From Candidatus Latescibacterota bacterium (GTDB lineage: Bacteria; Latescibacterota; UBA2968; GCA-2709665): a stretch of 64,000 bases of DNA. The stretch covers positions 1,248,001-1,312,000 of the forward strand of contig OZ244744.1 of NCBI GenBank assembly GCA_965219455.1, given 5' to 3'. Below are positions 49,442 through 60,410 of this stretch, piece after piece (within the stretch, counting starts at the first letter, position 1; every line of letters starts with the position of its first letter). The notes under the pieces are model-generated. The model was not told the DNA's origin. It made no database searches and was given only the letters and a program-made list of their open reading frames with translations. The translations under genes were made by a program, and so were the position numbers.

Positions 49442-52400
49442 ATGCACTTCATCTCAACAAATAACCGGACCCTGTTCCTCCTTGTTGTCCTGCTCGCACT
49501 GGCCGGGGCGTCATTCGCTCAGACACGTGGCACGATGATCACCATTGCCGGCGGCGGTAATCAGGAGGGCGAGAACATCCCGGCAACCGATCTGGCCCTG
49601 AGCATCCCCCTGGGTGCTGCCTCGGACGCTGATGGCCACGTCTACATTGCCGATACGGGCACACACCGAATCCGCAGGGTGGATGCGGTTACCGGGCAAG
49701 TCACGACCGTTGCGGGCACCGGTGAAGCCGGATTTTCGGGCGACGGCGGACCTGCCGTCGAAGCGCAACTGGAAAGGCCGCAGGCCGTTGCAGTTGACGA
49801 GGACGGCAATATATACCTCGGCGATACGGGCAACCGACGCATCCGGCGCGTCGACGCAGGCACAGGGATCATCACCACTATTGCAGGCAACGGAGAGTTC
49901 GGCTTTGACGGCGATGGGGGCCCGGCCCTCTCCGCTGTACTTGGAGAAATCGTCGCTCTGGCCGTGGGTCCCCGCGGCGGGCTCTATATCGCGGACGGGC
50001 TGGACGGACAGGGCCGCGGAAACAACCGGGTACGCAGGATCGACCTCAGCGGCGGCGGGATCACCACCCTTGCCGGTGACGGTGATTTCTCATTCGGCGG
50101 TGACGACGGACTCGCGGTCGAGGCCGGGATGACCGTAGAAGACATTGCCGTTGACGCCTCCGGAAACATCTTCCTCGCTGACTTCAACAATTATCGCATC
50201 CGCAGGGTGGACGCGGAAACAGGCACAATCACGACCGTGGCCGGCCGCGGGCCGGTTTTTGGAGGCGGGGGCGGATTTTCGGGCGACGGTGGCCCGGCAA
50301 CCGACGCCCGGCTCGATTTACCCGGCGGCGTGGCCGTCGGAGCGGACGGAACCCTTTATATTTCGGATACCGGCAACAGCCGCGTCCGGGCCGTGGATCC
50401 CAATACCGGGGATATTTTCACCATCGCGGGCACAGGCAATGCCGGCACAGCCGGTGAAGGGGGTCCTGCCGCGCTCGCCGAATTCCGGGAGCCCACCCGC
50501 GTGGTTCTGGATCCGGACGGCAATCTGATCATCGTGGATACCGGCAACAGCCGCATCCTCAAACTCCTCGACCCCGCCTACCAGTCGCCCGTCCTCCGTC
50601 TGACGACCGCCCGTATCGACTTCCGTGCGGTTGTCGTGGACGATCAAGTGACGCGCGCAATTACCATTGAAAATGTGGGCAGGCGCACCCTCACGCTGGC
50701 AAGTGCCGCGACCGACCGGGAAACGTTTGTCCTGCTGGACGCATTTCCGATCGAAATAGAACCCGCCGGACAGGCCGAAATCCGGGTCCGGTTCAGCCCG
50801 CGGACCGAAGGCGTGGTGGAAGGTACGCTTATCATCGATACAGACGACCCATGGCGTCCTACGCTCACCGTCCCCCTCTCGGGAACGGGCGCGGCGCCCG
50901 ACATCGGTGTTTTTCCCGAAAGCATTGTGTTCGACCGCACGTTCATCGGCCGCGAGCAGGCATTCGTCCTACGGGTCGCGAACCTTGGCGCCGGCGTACT
51001 GACTGTATTCCGCGCCGAATTGTCGGACTCCGAACAGTTCTCCGTTAGCCTGGACGACACCCTGCGGATCCCGTCGAGTGATAGACGAATCCTGGACGTC
51101 GCCTTCCGTCCCGCGCGGGCAGGAACCCAGCGGGCGGAACTCACCCTGTTCAGCAACGATCCGGACGATCCCGAGATCGTTATCCCCCTCCGGGGCCTGG
51201 GTCGGGTATCCAAGCCCGGCGGATTCGTAGACTGGGCAGCGGACCGCGGTATGGCCGACCAGGGCGCCGGGTTCGGCGCCGCTTGGGCGGATTATGACAA
51301 CGACGGTGACCCGGACCTCTATCTGGTGCGCAGCCGACAGCCCAATCTGCTCTACAGGAACGACGGCGACGGCGGCTTCAGGGAGATTGCCGCCGAGGTC
51401 GGCGTGGCGGACGACGGCGACGGCAGCGCCGCGGCCTGGGCGGATATAGACGGTGACGACGACCTTGACCTCTACGTCACCAACTTCGGGCAGCCCAACC
51501 GGCTCTACCGGAACGACGGAAGCCGCTTCACCGAAGTCGCCGCTGCGGCCGGCGTCGACGACGGCGGAGACGGGTACGGCGCGGCATGGTCGGACGTAGA
51601 CGGGGATGGCGACCCCGACCTGTACGTGGCCAACTTCGGCGACAACCGTTTCTATCGCAATGGGGGGGGGCGCTTCGTCGAAGCCGCCGCCGAGGCCGGT
51701 CTGGACGACGCAGGCAGCAGCCTGCAGCCGGCCTGGGCGGACTACGACAACGACGGCGACCCGGATCTGTTTCTTGCCAACAGCGGATCCAACAGACTGT
51801 TCCGGAACGATGGCGGCAGCTTTGAGGATGCAACGTCGGAGTCGGGCCTGGAAGAACTCGGGCTGGGCGGTCCCAGTTTCGGCGCAAGTTGGGGAGACTT
51901 CGATAACGATATGGACCTGGATCTCTACGTCTCCTACTTCGAAGAGGGCAACCGCCTATATGTCAACACCGGCGGTCAGTTCCAGGAGTCCAGCGGGAGC
52001 TTCAACGTGGCGGGTTCGGACACCGCGCGCAGCAGGGGCGCCGTCTGGGGTGATTTCGATAACGACGGCGACCTGGATCTCTACGTCTCCAATGCGGGGC
52101 AGAAAAACCATCTCTTCCGAAACGATGGCGAGACATTCAAGGACGTGGCCGACTCCTTCCGCGTGGCCGCCGGCGCCAACAGCCGGGGCGTGGCCCTTGC
52201 GGACTTCAATGGCGACGGCGGACTGGATATTTTCGTGGCTGTACAGGGCGGCGCCGACCATCTCTTCCGGAACCAGGAATCCAACGGAAATTGGCTGGCC
52301 ATTCGCCCGCGTGCCACACAGAGCAGTTCGGATGCCATCGGCACCCGGTTCGAAATCGCCTTCGACGGCAGCCGTGCGATTCGTGAAATCACGGGTGGCG

Positions 52401-54166
52401 GGTCCTATCTTTCACAGGACGCTCTAACTGCCGCGTTCGGATTGGGCGACGCCGACAGGGTTGATACCCTGACCGTTCGATGGCCTACGGGCATCGCACA
52501 GCGTCTCAGAAATATCGCCGCAAACACGGTGTTGGACCTGGCCGAAACAACGCCGCCCCCTCCGGTGAGGGTTGTGCTGGATGCGACTGCTAAGTCCCTC
52601 GCGGCCAACGGCGAGGCGCAGTCCAGAATCCGCGCCCGTATCCTGGACTCCGGGAACGAAATCTCGCTCATCAACAATCGTCGCCTGGTTTTTGACGTTG
52701 CGTCCGGCGATGGCGCCTTTGTGGGCGGCGATACGGCAATGGTGCGTGACGGGCTTGCATCCATCCTTTTTCAGGCCGGGACGACACCGGGTGACGTTGC
52801 CGCCACCGCACGGTTTCAGGGTCTCCCGCCCGGACGGATCACGATAAGCCTGCTGCCGCCCATAGGTCCTGACCACGCAACGGTCCGGACCGTTGCGGGG
52901 ATCGGCGGGGCCGAGGGCGATTTCAGCGGTGACGGAAGCCCCGCCATCGAAGCGTTCCTGAACGCGCCGAGAGACGTGGCGGTGGACACTTCGGGTGCGT
53001 TCTACATTGCCGATTCCGGAAACAACCGGGTCCGGAGGGTGGGCACGGACGGCGCCATCCGCACCATCGCCGGGGATGGGATCGGCTTTGCAACCGGCAC
53101 GGACGGTCCGGCGGTCGACGCCAGCCTCGGTGATCCCCGGGGCCTCGCGTTGACGCCCGGCGGCGATCTCATCATTTGCGAACAGAGCGGCCATATCGTC
53201 CGCCGGTTCGAACATTCCACAGGGAACATCCTCGCCTTCGCAGGCAGGGACATCCCCGGATTTGGTGGAGACGGGCGGGCGGCGGTGGATGCGAATCTTT
53301 CCGGCCCTGCGGGCGTTGCGGCAGACCCGATGGGCAACGTCTGGATCGCGGAACGCTTCAACCACCGGGTTCGAAGGGTCGACACCGGCGGCATTATCGA
53401 AACCATTGCAGGGAGCTTTCTGGAGGGTTTCGCGGGCGACGGAGACCGGGCCACACTGGCCGCACTGAACGGACCCAGGGGCGTGGCCGTAGACGCCATG
53501 GGTCGCGTGTACATAGCCGATACCGGAAACCATCGCATCCGCATGGTAGATACCGACGGCACTATTACCACCGTTGCCGGAACCGGGCGGTCCGGTTTTT
53601 CACGGGACGGCGGCCCCGGCGCCAGAACCCCTCTGAACAGCCCCGGGGACGTCGCGGCGGACAACAACGGACGTCTCTACGTCGCGGACACCGGCAATCA
53701 TCGGATACGCGTTCTGGACCTGCACCTGGACATCATCCAGACCGTGGGGGGTACCGGTGTCTCCGGATTCAATCACGCCGAGGGCGCCGGCATTGAAACG
53801 AGCCTCAATGCGCCATCCGGCATCGCCATCGATTCGGAAGGCAGGGTATACGTTGCCGACACGAACAACAATCGCATCCTGCAACTTACCGTCAACTTTC
53901 CCAATGAATACCAGCGCGAGCCCCCGACGGACCCGCCGCCACCACCACCGCCGCCCGAAGTCCCCTTCGGCGACGCCGACTTCAACAGCGACGGCGTGAT
54001 TGACTTTGCCGACTTCGTCCTCTTTGCGCAGGGCTTCGGCTCCACCGATCTGAGATTTGACCTCGACGGCGACGGAACCGTTGGATTCGCGGATTTCATC
54101 GTTTTCGTTACCGCCTTTGAACAAACCCCGCCATCGGTCCGCTTCCGGCCGGGAAGCCGTTTCTGA
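49442..54166 (+). CDS. Large secreted multi-repeat protein: NHL propeller + two Ig-like (ASH/choice-of-anchor D-like) + FG-GAP/VCBS + ASPIC/UnbV + Ig-like + NHL propeller + Pro linker + dockerin-like tag
   Basis: GFSGDGGPA/YIADTGNHRIR repeats; WADYDNDGDPDLY repeats; GGSYLSQ...FGLG...VRWPTG; PPPPPPP; DFNSDGVIDFADF...DLDGDGTVGFADF. Confidence 0.9.
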   Translation: MHFISTNNRTLFLLVVLLALAGASFAQTRGTMITIAGGGNQEGENIPATDLALSIPLGAASDADGHVYIADTGTHRIRRVDAVTGQVTTVAGTGEAGFSGDGGPAVEAQLERPQAVAVDEDGNIYLGDTGNRRIRRVDAGTGIITTIAGNGEFGFDGDGGPALSAVLGEIVALAVGPRGGLYIADGLDGQGRGNNRVRRIDLSGGGITTLAGDGDFSFGGDDGLAVEAGMTVEDIAVDASGNIFLADFNNYRIRRVDAETGTITTVAGRGPVFGGGGGFSGDGGPATDARLDLPGGVAVGADGTLYISDTGNSRVRAVDPNTGDIFTIAGTGNAGTAGEGGPAALAEFREPTRVVLDPDGNLIIVDTGNSRILKLLDPAYQSPVLRLTTARIDFRAVVVDDQVTRAITIENVGRRTLTLASAATDRETFVLLDAFPIEIEPAGQAEIRVRFSPRTEGVVEGTLIIDTDDPWRPTLTVPLSGTGAAPDIGVFPESIVFDRTFIGREQAFVLRVANLGAGVLTVFRAELSDSEQFSVSLDDTLRIPSSDRRILDVAFRPARAGTQRAELTLFSNDPDDPEIVIPLRGLGRVSKPGGFVDWAADRGMADQGAGFGAAWADYDNDGDPDLYLVRSRQPNLLYRNDGDGGFREIAAEVGVADDGDGSAAAWADIDGDDDLDLYVTNFGQPNRLYRNDGSRFTEVAAAAGVDDGGDGYGAAWSDVDGDGDPDLYVANFGDNRFYRNGGGRFVEAAAEAGLDDAGSSLQPAWADYDNDGDPDLFLANSGSNRLFRNDGGSFEDATSESGLEELGLGGPSFGASWGDFDNDMDLDLYVSYFEEGNRLYVNTGGQFQESSGSFNVAGSDTARSRGAVWGDFDNDGDLDLYVSNAGQKNHLFRNDGETFKDVADSFRVAAGANSRGVALADFNGDGGLDIFVAVQGGADHLFRNQESNGNWLAIRPRATQSSSDAIGTRFEIAFDGSRAIREITGGGSYLSQDALTAAFGLGDADRVDTLTVRWPTGIAQRLRNIAANTVLDLAETTPPPPVRVVLDATAKSLAANGEAQSRIRARILDSGNEISLINNRRLVFDVASGDGAFVGGDTAMVRDGLASILFQAGTTPGDVAATARFQGLPPGRITISLLPPIGPDHATVRTVAGIGGAEGDFSGDGSPAIEAFLNAPRDVAVDTSGAFYIADSGNNRVRRVGTDGAIRTIAGDGIGFATGTDGPAVDASLGDPRGLALTPGGDLIICEQSGHIVRRFEHSTGNILAFAGRDIPGFGGDGRAAVDANLSGPAGVAADPMGNVWIAERFNHRVRRVDTGGIIETIAGSFLEGFAGDGDRATLAALNGPRGVAVDAMGRVYIADTGNHRIRMVDTDGTITTVAGTGRSGFSRDGGPGARTPLNSPGDVAADNNGRLYVADTGNHRIRVLDLHLDIIQTVGGTGVSGFNHAEGAGIETSLNAPSGIAIDSEGRVYVADTNNNRILQLTVNFPNEYQREPPTDPPPPPPPPEVPFGDADFNSDGVIDFADFVLFAQGFGSTDLRFDLDGDGTVGFADFIVFVTAFEQTPPSVRFRPGSRF

Positions 54167-54168
54167 CA

Positions 54169-54804
54169 ATGGAACGAGCGCCCATCCTGACGGCCGATAA
54201 GTCCGGCATTGTCCAGGCTGCCGATCTGATACGATCGGGCGGTGTTGTCGTCTATCCTACCGAGACTGTCTACGGCCTGGGCGCCGACCCTTTCAATCAC
54301 CCCGCGTTTGACCGTATCTTCAGCCTCAAGGGCCGGGAAACGGAAAAGGGCCTCATTCTGCTTATCCGGGGCATGCAGGACCTGGAGGCGCTTGTCGCGG
54401 ACATTTCACTTGCCGCGGAAAGCCTTATAAGGGAATTCTGGCCCGGGCCGCTCACCCTCGTGTTTCCCGCCGCGTCCTGCCTTCCGGGTCACCTGACGGG
54501 ACCCGCGTCCACCATTGCCCTCCGCATGTCCGACGCGCCCGTCGCCAGCGCATTGCTCCACCATGTTGGCGGCCCCATCACCAGCACCAGCGCCAACCGC
54601 TCCGGACAACCTTCCGCCCGGAGCGCCCGGCAAGCCGCCGACGTGATCGGCCACCGTGTCGATGTCATCCTTGACGGCGGCGAGTCCTCGGATCCCCGCC
54701 CCTCCACCCTCGTTGACGTCTCAGGCCGGAATCCAAAAATCCTCCGACCGGGCCGCATCCCGGAAACGAAGATCGACCGGGTTCTGAATTCGGAGAGAGT
54801 CTGA
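54169..54804 (+). CDS. tsaC: L-threonylcarbamoyladenylate synthase (YrdC/Sua5 family, short form)
   Basis: PTETVYGL, KGR, WPGPLT, STSAN, PST. Confidence 0.93.
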   Translation: MERAPILTADKSGIVQAADLIRSGGVVVYPTETVYGLGADPFNHPAFDRIFSLKGRETEKGLILLIRGMQDLEALVADISLAAESLIREFWPGPLTLVFPAASCLPGHLTGPASTIALRMSDAPVASALLHHVGGPITSTSANRSGQPSARSARQAADVIGHRVDVILDGGESSDPRPSTLVDVSGRNPKILRPGRIPETKIDRVLNSERV

Positions 54805-54821
54805 CCCTGAGGAAGCCGGTG

Positions 54822-55012
54822 TGAAGGTGGGGCGGCCATTCCTGTCTGCCAACGTCGATGCCGACGGTGTCTCCGCGCAAATGCGTTTACTGCGCGCTTT
54901 CGTCAGGGACAATCGAGAAGACGGGAGATTCTTCGACTCCGCTCAGAATGACATGCTTTGCAATAACCATTGGCGAAACTTGCCTGTCAGGTCTCGGCAC
55001 AAACTGTCATCC
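54822..55012 (+). repeat. ~190-bp composite repeat, duplicated at 56170-56423
   Basis: GTGGGGCGG(A/C)CATTCCTGTCTGCC REP + GAGATTCTTCGACT.CGCTCAGAATGAC element; the second copy has a 63-bp insertion. Confidence 0.85.
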
Positions 55013-55655
55013 GCAAGGCGCCACCGGCCCATGTGGGATTATACTGGGAGGAAGCGTCTGTGAAGGTGGGGCGGACATTCCTGTCTGCCCGCATCGCACG
55101 GTATCCCCGATCCAGACGGCCGCGAGCGAGTTCGACGGATTGGTCACTCCCCCTTAAAGGGGGAGTCGCCTGCCTGCGTCCGCAGGACAGGCAGGCAGAA
55201 GCCAAGCCTGTCCCCTGAGCTTGCGGTCCCTGAGCCTGCCTGCATTGAGCTTATCGAAATGTCGAAGGGAACGGCGTCGGCTGATGCGGTGGGGGGATTT
55301 CAATGCCTACGGTATGCGAGCAGCCTGAAAAACATGAACGCGTTTTGCGTAGAAGTCTTAGTGTAAGACTCCAATTGGGGAGGGCATTCTTCGGTTCGCT
55401 CCTGCACTTTCCACAAAGCTCACAACAGTTGAGGTAGTTAACATCGCGTCGCTGGTCGCGCGGTCAGCATTTGACAGAATTCGCCGGCCGAGTACATCCA
55501 GCCTGCTCCACACTTTTCCCCTTGCCAAAATCACCGATTAAGGACATTTTTGTGATGTCGCTTTTGGCGAGGGATCCTCTTTCCCGGGCAGCCGTTTTGA
55601 GATTTCTGTTGAGTATACGTGCAAGCGAATTTGTTCGCGGCAAGAGAGGAGAGCT

Positions 55656-55856
55656 ATGAAACTGAACGTAGACAAGGAAGCCGACGCCCTCTACCTGCGC
55701 CTCGACGATTCTCCCATAGTCGAGTCCGAGGAGGTTTCCCCGGGAGTTGTACTCGACTACAACGCATCCAACGAAGTGGTAGGCGTGGAGATGCTCCATC
55801 TGTCGAAACGCTCATCCACTCTGAATCTCTCTACGTTGCAGTTCGAGTCGATCTGA
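55656..55856 (+). CDS. DUF2283-family small protein
   Basis: DKEADALYLRL...ESEEVSPGVVLDY...VVGVEML; GAGGAG RBS. Confidence 0.88.
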   Translation: MKLNVDKEADALYLRLDDSPIVESEEVSPGVVLDYNASNEVVGVEMLHLSKRSSTLNLSTLQFESI

Positions 55857-56658
55857 CAGCGGTAGCTCCAAACATGCTTTTTCAATCACTAGTGGTTGCG
55901 GCTGCCAAGGAAGCGCAGGTGTCGTGATTTTGCCGCACGCCACCACAACACTGTCAACTCCCTGACTGTGTTCCCCATTGCACCCATGCGAGGGGCGCGA
56001 AAGCAGCAGGTTCCCTGACGCGCTCTCCTGCCAAGAAAACCCCTTCTGACAAAATTCCGGCATTCCAACTGCCACATCGGATGCCTATGGCAATCCGCTA
56101 ATCTGCGCCGCCGAATCATCCGCGAAACGCGTTCGTCGCACGTACTACCATGCGCTGAGGAAACTTGCTTGAAGGTGGGGCCTGCCTGCAGCGCCTGTCT
56201 GCGTGCGTGCACGCACAGGCAGGCAGAGCACTGCGCAGGCAGGCGGACATTCCTGTCTGCCCACGTCGATGCCGACGATGTCTCCGCGCAAATGCGTTTA
56301 CTGCGCTATTTCGTCAGGGACAATCGAGAAGACGGGAGATTCTTCGACTTCGCTCAGAATGACATGCTTTGCAATAACCATTGGCGAAACCTGTATGTAA
56401 GGTCTCGGCACAAACTGTCATCCTGAGGAAGCCCTGTCTGCCGTGCCCGGCACAGGCAGGCGTCAGGCTGACGAAGGATCTACTGCGGCATCGATCACCC
56501 CCGTGCGACTTGCACGTGTACCGACCGGAAAGGCGGCACCGTTGCCTCCTGAGCAGAACGGCAGTGGCGGGAGATTCTTCGACTCGGCTCAGAATGACAG
56601 TGTAGCGCGCAGGCCATGAACGTAAGCAGAATAATACATTTCAACCAGGGGTCGTCTG

Positions 56659-58407
56659 ATGGGATTTTCACCGCGCACAATGGTTCAGCGCCCCCGCCGC
56701 GAGAGCGGGGGGAACAGGGCCCTGCTGGTACTGGTGGACAGCCGGGGCAGTTATACGAATACGAGCATCGTGGATCAGACCGTGCTCGTAGCTTTGCAGC
56801 ACTTCGGGTTTCCGTTTCGCATTCACGATCTGGCAGCCGGTCCGCTGACGCGCGACCATCTTGAGAACTGCGCCGCTGCGGTCATCGCCCAGGCCCGCCT
56901 GGGCGACGCCCTTTCGTTCGAAGAAACGGAGTTGCTGGCCTCGGGGGTTCAAGAAGCCGGGCTGGGACTGGTCAATTTCGACGGCGAACTGCGGCTGTAC
57001 AAACCGCCGCTGCTGCGTCTCTTCGGGATGGAGGTGGACCGGATTCCGATGGCCTCGGACCTGCTGCGCATCGGGGGTAACGACCATTTTATCAACTGGA
57101 CGCAGCAGGCGGGCAGTATGGTCCGGCTGAAGCGACCCGTGACCATTGCACAGATCAAGCGGGTCGGCCGGCACGTTGTGGAACTGGCGCAGGCTGCGAT
57201 GGGCAAGGACCAGCTCATCTTCTCCCGCCATAACGTGCCGGGTACGGCCTACGAGCCGGACCAGTTTCCGGCCGTGCTGGCCGGGGTCTGCGGCAGCGGC
57301 CGAGCGGTGCAGTTCGCCTGTTCCCCCCGCATCTGGCACGGGGAGTTTCTGGGCCACGCGATGGGGTTGGACGCCTTCTTCTGGCGCGCCATCGTCTGGG
57401 CGGCGCGCAAGCCGTTTGTGGCGCAAATGATGCCGCCCTACGTGACCATCCGGGTGGACGACGGCAGGGGGCGCCACGATTTCCGCTATACCGAGGTGAT
57501 GAACCGGCACGGTTACCGTCCGATGATCTCCTGCTTCCTGGACCTCGTTCCTGACGAGGTGGTGCCGTTTATGCGTGCCCGCTACACGGCCGGGCAGGTC
57601 GACTGGGACGCGCATGCTTTCGACTATTACAAGCTGATTCCGTTCGATTTCGGCATCGGAGAGTACAGCGACACGGAGTTGAAGGAAATCTTCGACCGGG
57701 TGGACCGGTGGTACGATGAACGGGGATTGAGGCCGCCGCGCCGGGCTGCGTTTCACTGGGGCGAGGTGGGCGTGCGCGTCCTGCCCTATCTGAAGGCCCG
57801 GGGACGGACGTTTGTCTATTCGACCTACCACCTGGGACAGGTGAAGTGGGAGCGGCTGTTTCCCAATTGGTGGCCCTACGGTCTCAACAGCCTGTTCTAC
57901 GACTATGTACCCGAAGACCCGGAGATGTACAACATAGGGGCCATGCTTCCCCGCCACCTCGTGGAGCCCGACGTGTTGACGGGCTGTACGACCTGGGCCG
58001 GAGACAATCCGACCAACGATATGGACAAGGCCGCGGACCGGGCGGCCGGTTCGGTCCGCCTGGCGCTGGACAGCGGGTTCTTTTCGGAGATCACCACCCA
58101 CGAGCAGAAGTTCGGCGTGCTGACCCTGGAGGAGATCGACCGGTGGCTGTCGCTGGCGTCACAAAAGACGGAACAATACGATATCCGGGGGGTGAGTCAC
58201 GACGAGGCCGCCGAGTATACCCGGGCCCGGGATGAGTCGTGGATTGCGGCCGCGTCCACGCCCGACGGCAAGGCGGCATGCCTCCGGCTGGGTGGAAAGG
58301 CGGGCGTGTCCCTGGAACTCGCCCTGTTCGAAAACGACGGGGACGGTGTGGTCCAGCGGTGGGAATCGGTCCCGGCGTTCAAGGAGGAGACCCGGGTCAA
58401 TCTCTGA
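56659..58407 (+). CDS. Hypothetical protein, possibly with a polysaccharide-deacetylase-like domain
   Basis: 582-aa ORF with high-GC3 codon usage; TIRVDDG and DAHAF resemble NodB motifs (weak). Confidence 0.7.
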   Translation: MGFSPRTMVQRPRRESGGNRALLVLVDSRGSYTNTSIVDQTVLVALQHFGFPFRIHDLAAGPLTRDHLENCAAAVIAQARLGDALSFEETELLASGVQEAGLGLVNFDGELRLYKPPLLRLFGMEVDRIPMASDLLRIGGNDHFINWTQQAGSMVRLKRPVTIAQIKRVGRHVVELAQAAMGKDQLIFSRHNVPGTAYEPDQFPAVLAGVCGSGRAVQFACSPRIWHGEFLGHAMGLDAFFWRAIVWAARKPFVAQMMPPYVTIRVDDGRGRHDFRYTEVMNRHGYRPMISCFLDLVPDEVVPFMRARYTAGQVDWDAHAFDYYKLIPFDFGIGEYSDTELKEIFDRVDRWYDERGLRPPRRAAFHWGEVGVRVLPYLKARGRTFVYSTYHLGQVKWERLFPNWWPYGLNSLFYDYVPEDPEMYNIGAMLPRHLVEPDVLTGCTTWAGDNPTNDMDKAADRAAGSVRLALDSGFFSEITTHEQKFGVLTLEEIDRWLSLASQKTEQYDIRGVSHDEAAEYTRARDESWIAAASTPDGKAACLRLGGKAGVSLELALFENDGDGVVQRWESVPAFKEETRVNL

Positions 58408-58929
58408 TCGGAATTGAGCCGGACGGGAACGGCAGGTTGCGCTTTGAGCAGATGGAGGAGGTCCTCCGCCACCGCGCCCGGCAAGGGGCGATCTGCCAGT
58501 ACAGCGATGTAAATAGAATGAGTACGACGATGTCAACGGTCGCGATTTGCAGAAAGCGTGCGCTGCTCACGGCATGGGGCAAGCCGTGCGATACGCCGTA
58601 CCGCTTGTACCGAGTGTGACGGGTGACGCCAGAATCACGTCTCACTCTCCGGATCGTGGACATCCTACGGGATTGAGGGCATCCTGCCCTCGACTTTTCC
58701 CATCACTCCTCCCATGCGGGGAGTCGGCAATCCGGGGGCATCAGCCCACTGGCGCGCCGGTGGGTATAGATGTAGAAACCGCCAACAGCGACGACAGGAT
58801 CGCACGGTCTGGCTTCACAACGCCTGGATCCGTCCCCCTTGCAACCGCCACCGGATGTCGCGGCAGTCGCTCCTCCCTTCGAATCAATCCCGTAGAACGC
58901 GTCACGAGTACCTGATCCGAGCGGATAGA

Positions 58930-60410
58930 GAGGTTTCCCAAGGTGATTTCCGGCGCGCGGACGTGATGTCGTGGCTGACAGGCTGTCCTATTCGCCCCGC
59001 GGGCGCCCGCGCGACCGGCATCAACCCCAGCCGGTGGGGCTCCCTGACCCGAAAGGCGGGAATCGTCCGCGGCATGGAGCAATGGCGCGACCGACTGAAT
59101 CTCTACGCGGAACGACTCAGCGAGGACGCTGCTCGACTGGCCGGCGCGGAGGAGACCACCGAAGCCCGTGCCGAACGCATGAAGTCCGAGGCAGCGGCCG
59201 CCCGGGAGGCGCTGGCCTTTATTGAAAAGCTGGCTGAGGACGTCGAGCCCCCGGTAAACCGGAGCACCTGGGGAGCATTCTGCCGTTGGGCCGATGAACT
59301 CCTGGATCGCTACCTGGACCGCGACATCCCCGACGCCGAGGTGGCTGTGTTGGAAAAGATCCGCCTCGCCCTGGAGGAGTTGGAAGCGGCCGTCAGCATC
59401 AACCCGGGAGCTACGCTGGATGAGTTTCGACAGACCGTCGAGGACTGGCTGGGAAGGACGGTCGGACACCTGGGTGTCACTGGAAGGGGCGTATTCGTAT
59501 CCCCCGTCGGTGGTGCCGCCGGCATGAGCTTCGACAGGGTATGGCTGGTGGGCATGATCGAAGGAGGAATGCCGCCTCCGGTTCGCCCCGACCCGCTGCT
59601 GCCGGAGCCGGACTGGCAGGCTGCCGGGGGCCACTCGCGCTTCGCTCAACGCGTCGCCGCCGAGCGCTGCGACTACCTGTCGGCGGTGGCCACCTCCCCC
59701 CACCGCGAACTGTCGACGACTCGGCGGAACACGCGATCATTGGCGCCGATGAAGCGTCCCTGGCCGACCGCCACGACTACAATCTGCACCGGCTCCTGCG
59801 GTGGAGACACGTTGGGCGCCGGTTGCTCGACCACCCCTTTACGCAGGACGAAACACTCTCGCGCGCAACGCGTCTGAGCCTTTGCCGGAACCAGAGTCGG
59901 CTGACGGAGTACGACGGCAATCTTTCGGCCCTCGCCGGGGAAGGTGGATTCCACCGGAAACTGCGCCGGGCGCCCGTCTCCGCCACGAGCCTGGAAAACT
60001 GGGGTACGTGCCCATTCCGCTATTTCCTCGGCCACGTACTGAGACTCGGCGCGCTCGAAACGCCGGAGGAAACAACCTCCATCACCCCCCTGGAGCGCGG
60101 TTCACTGATACACCGGATCCTGGAGCGGTTCATGAAGCAGGTCAACGGGGAGAAACTGCTGCCCGCGCCAGGGGAGGAGTGGAGCGACACGTTGCGCGAG
60201 CGGCTGTTCCGGATTGCCGGGGAGGCGTTCAGCCTGGCCGAGTCCCGTGGCGTGACCGGTAAGCCCCTCCTGTGGAAACTGGAAAAGCAGGACATCCTGA
60301 CCGACCTGGAGACCTTCATCGAAGAGGATTCGAAGCACCGGTCCTCCCACGGCACGCGCGGCGTTCTGGTCGAAGCGGGTTTCGGGTCCGGCGGCGGCGT
60401 TCCAGATGCT
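58930..60410 (+). pseudogene. AddB/RexB-like PD-(D/E)XK protein remnant (5' end lost, internal frame break ~59712, 3' truncated)
   Basis: GMSFDRVWLVGMIEGGMP, VSATSLENWGTCPFRYF, ERGSLIHRILE, VEAGFG; the G.IDR catalytic segment is absent. Confidence 0.75.
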
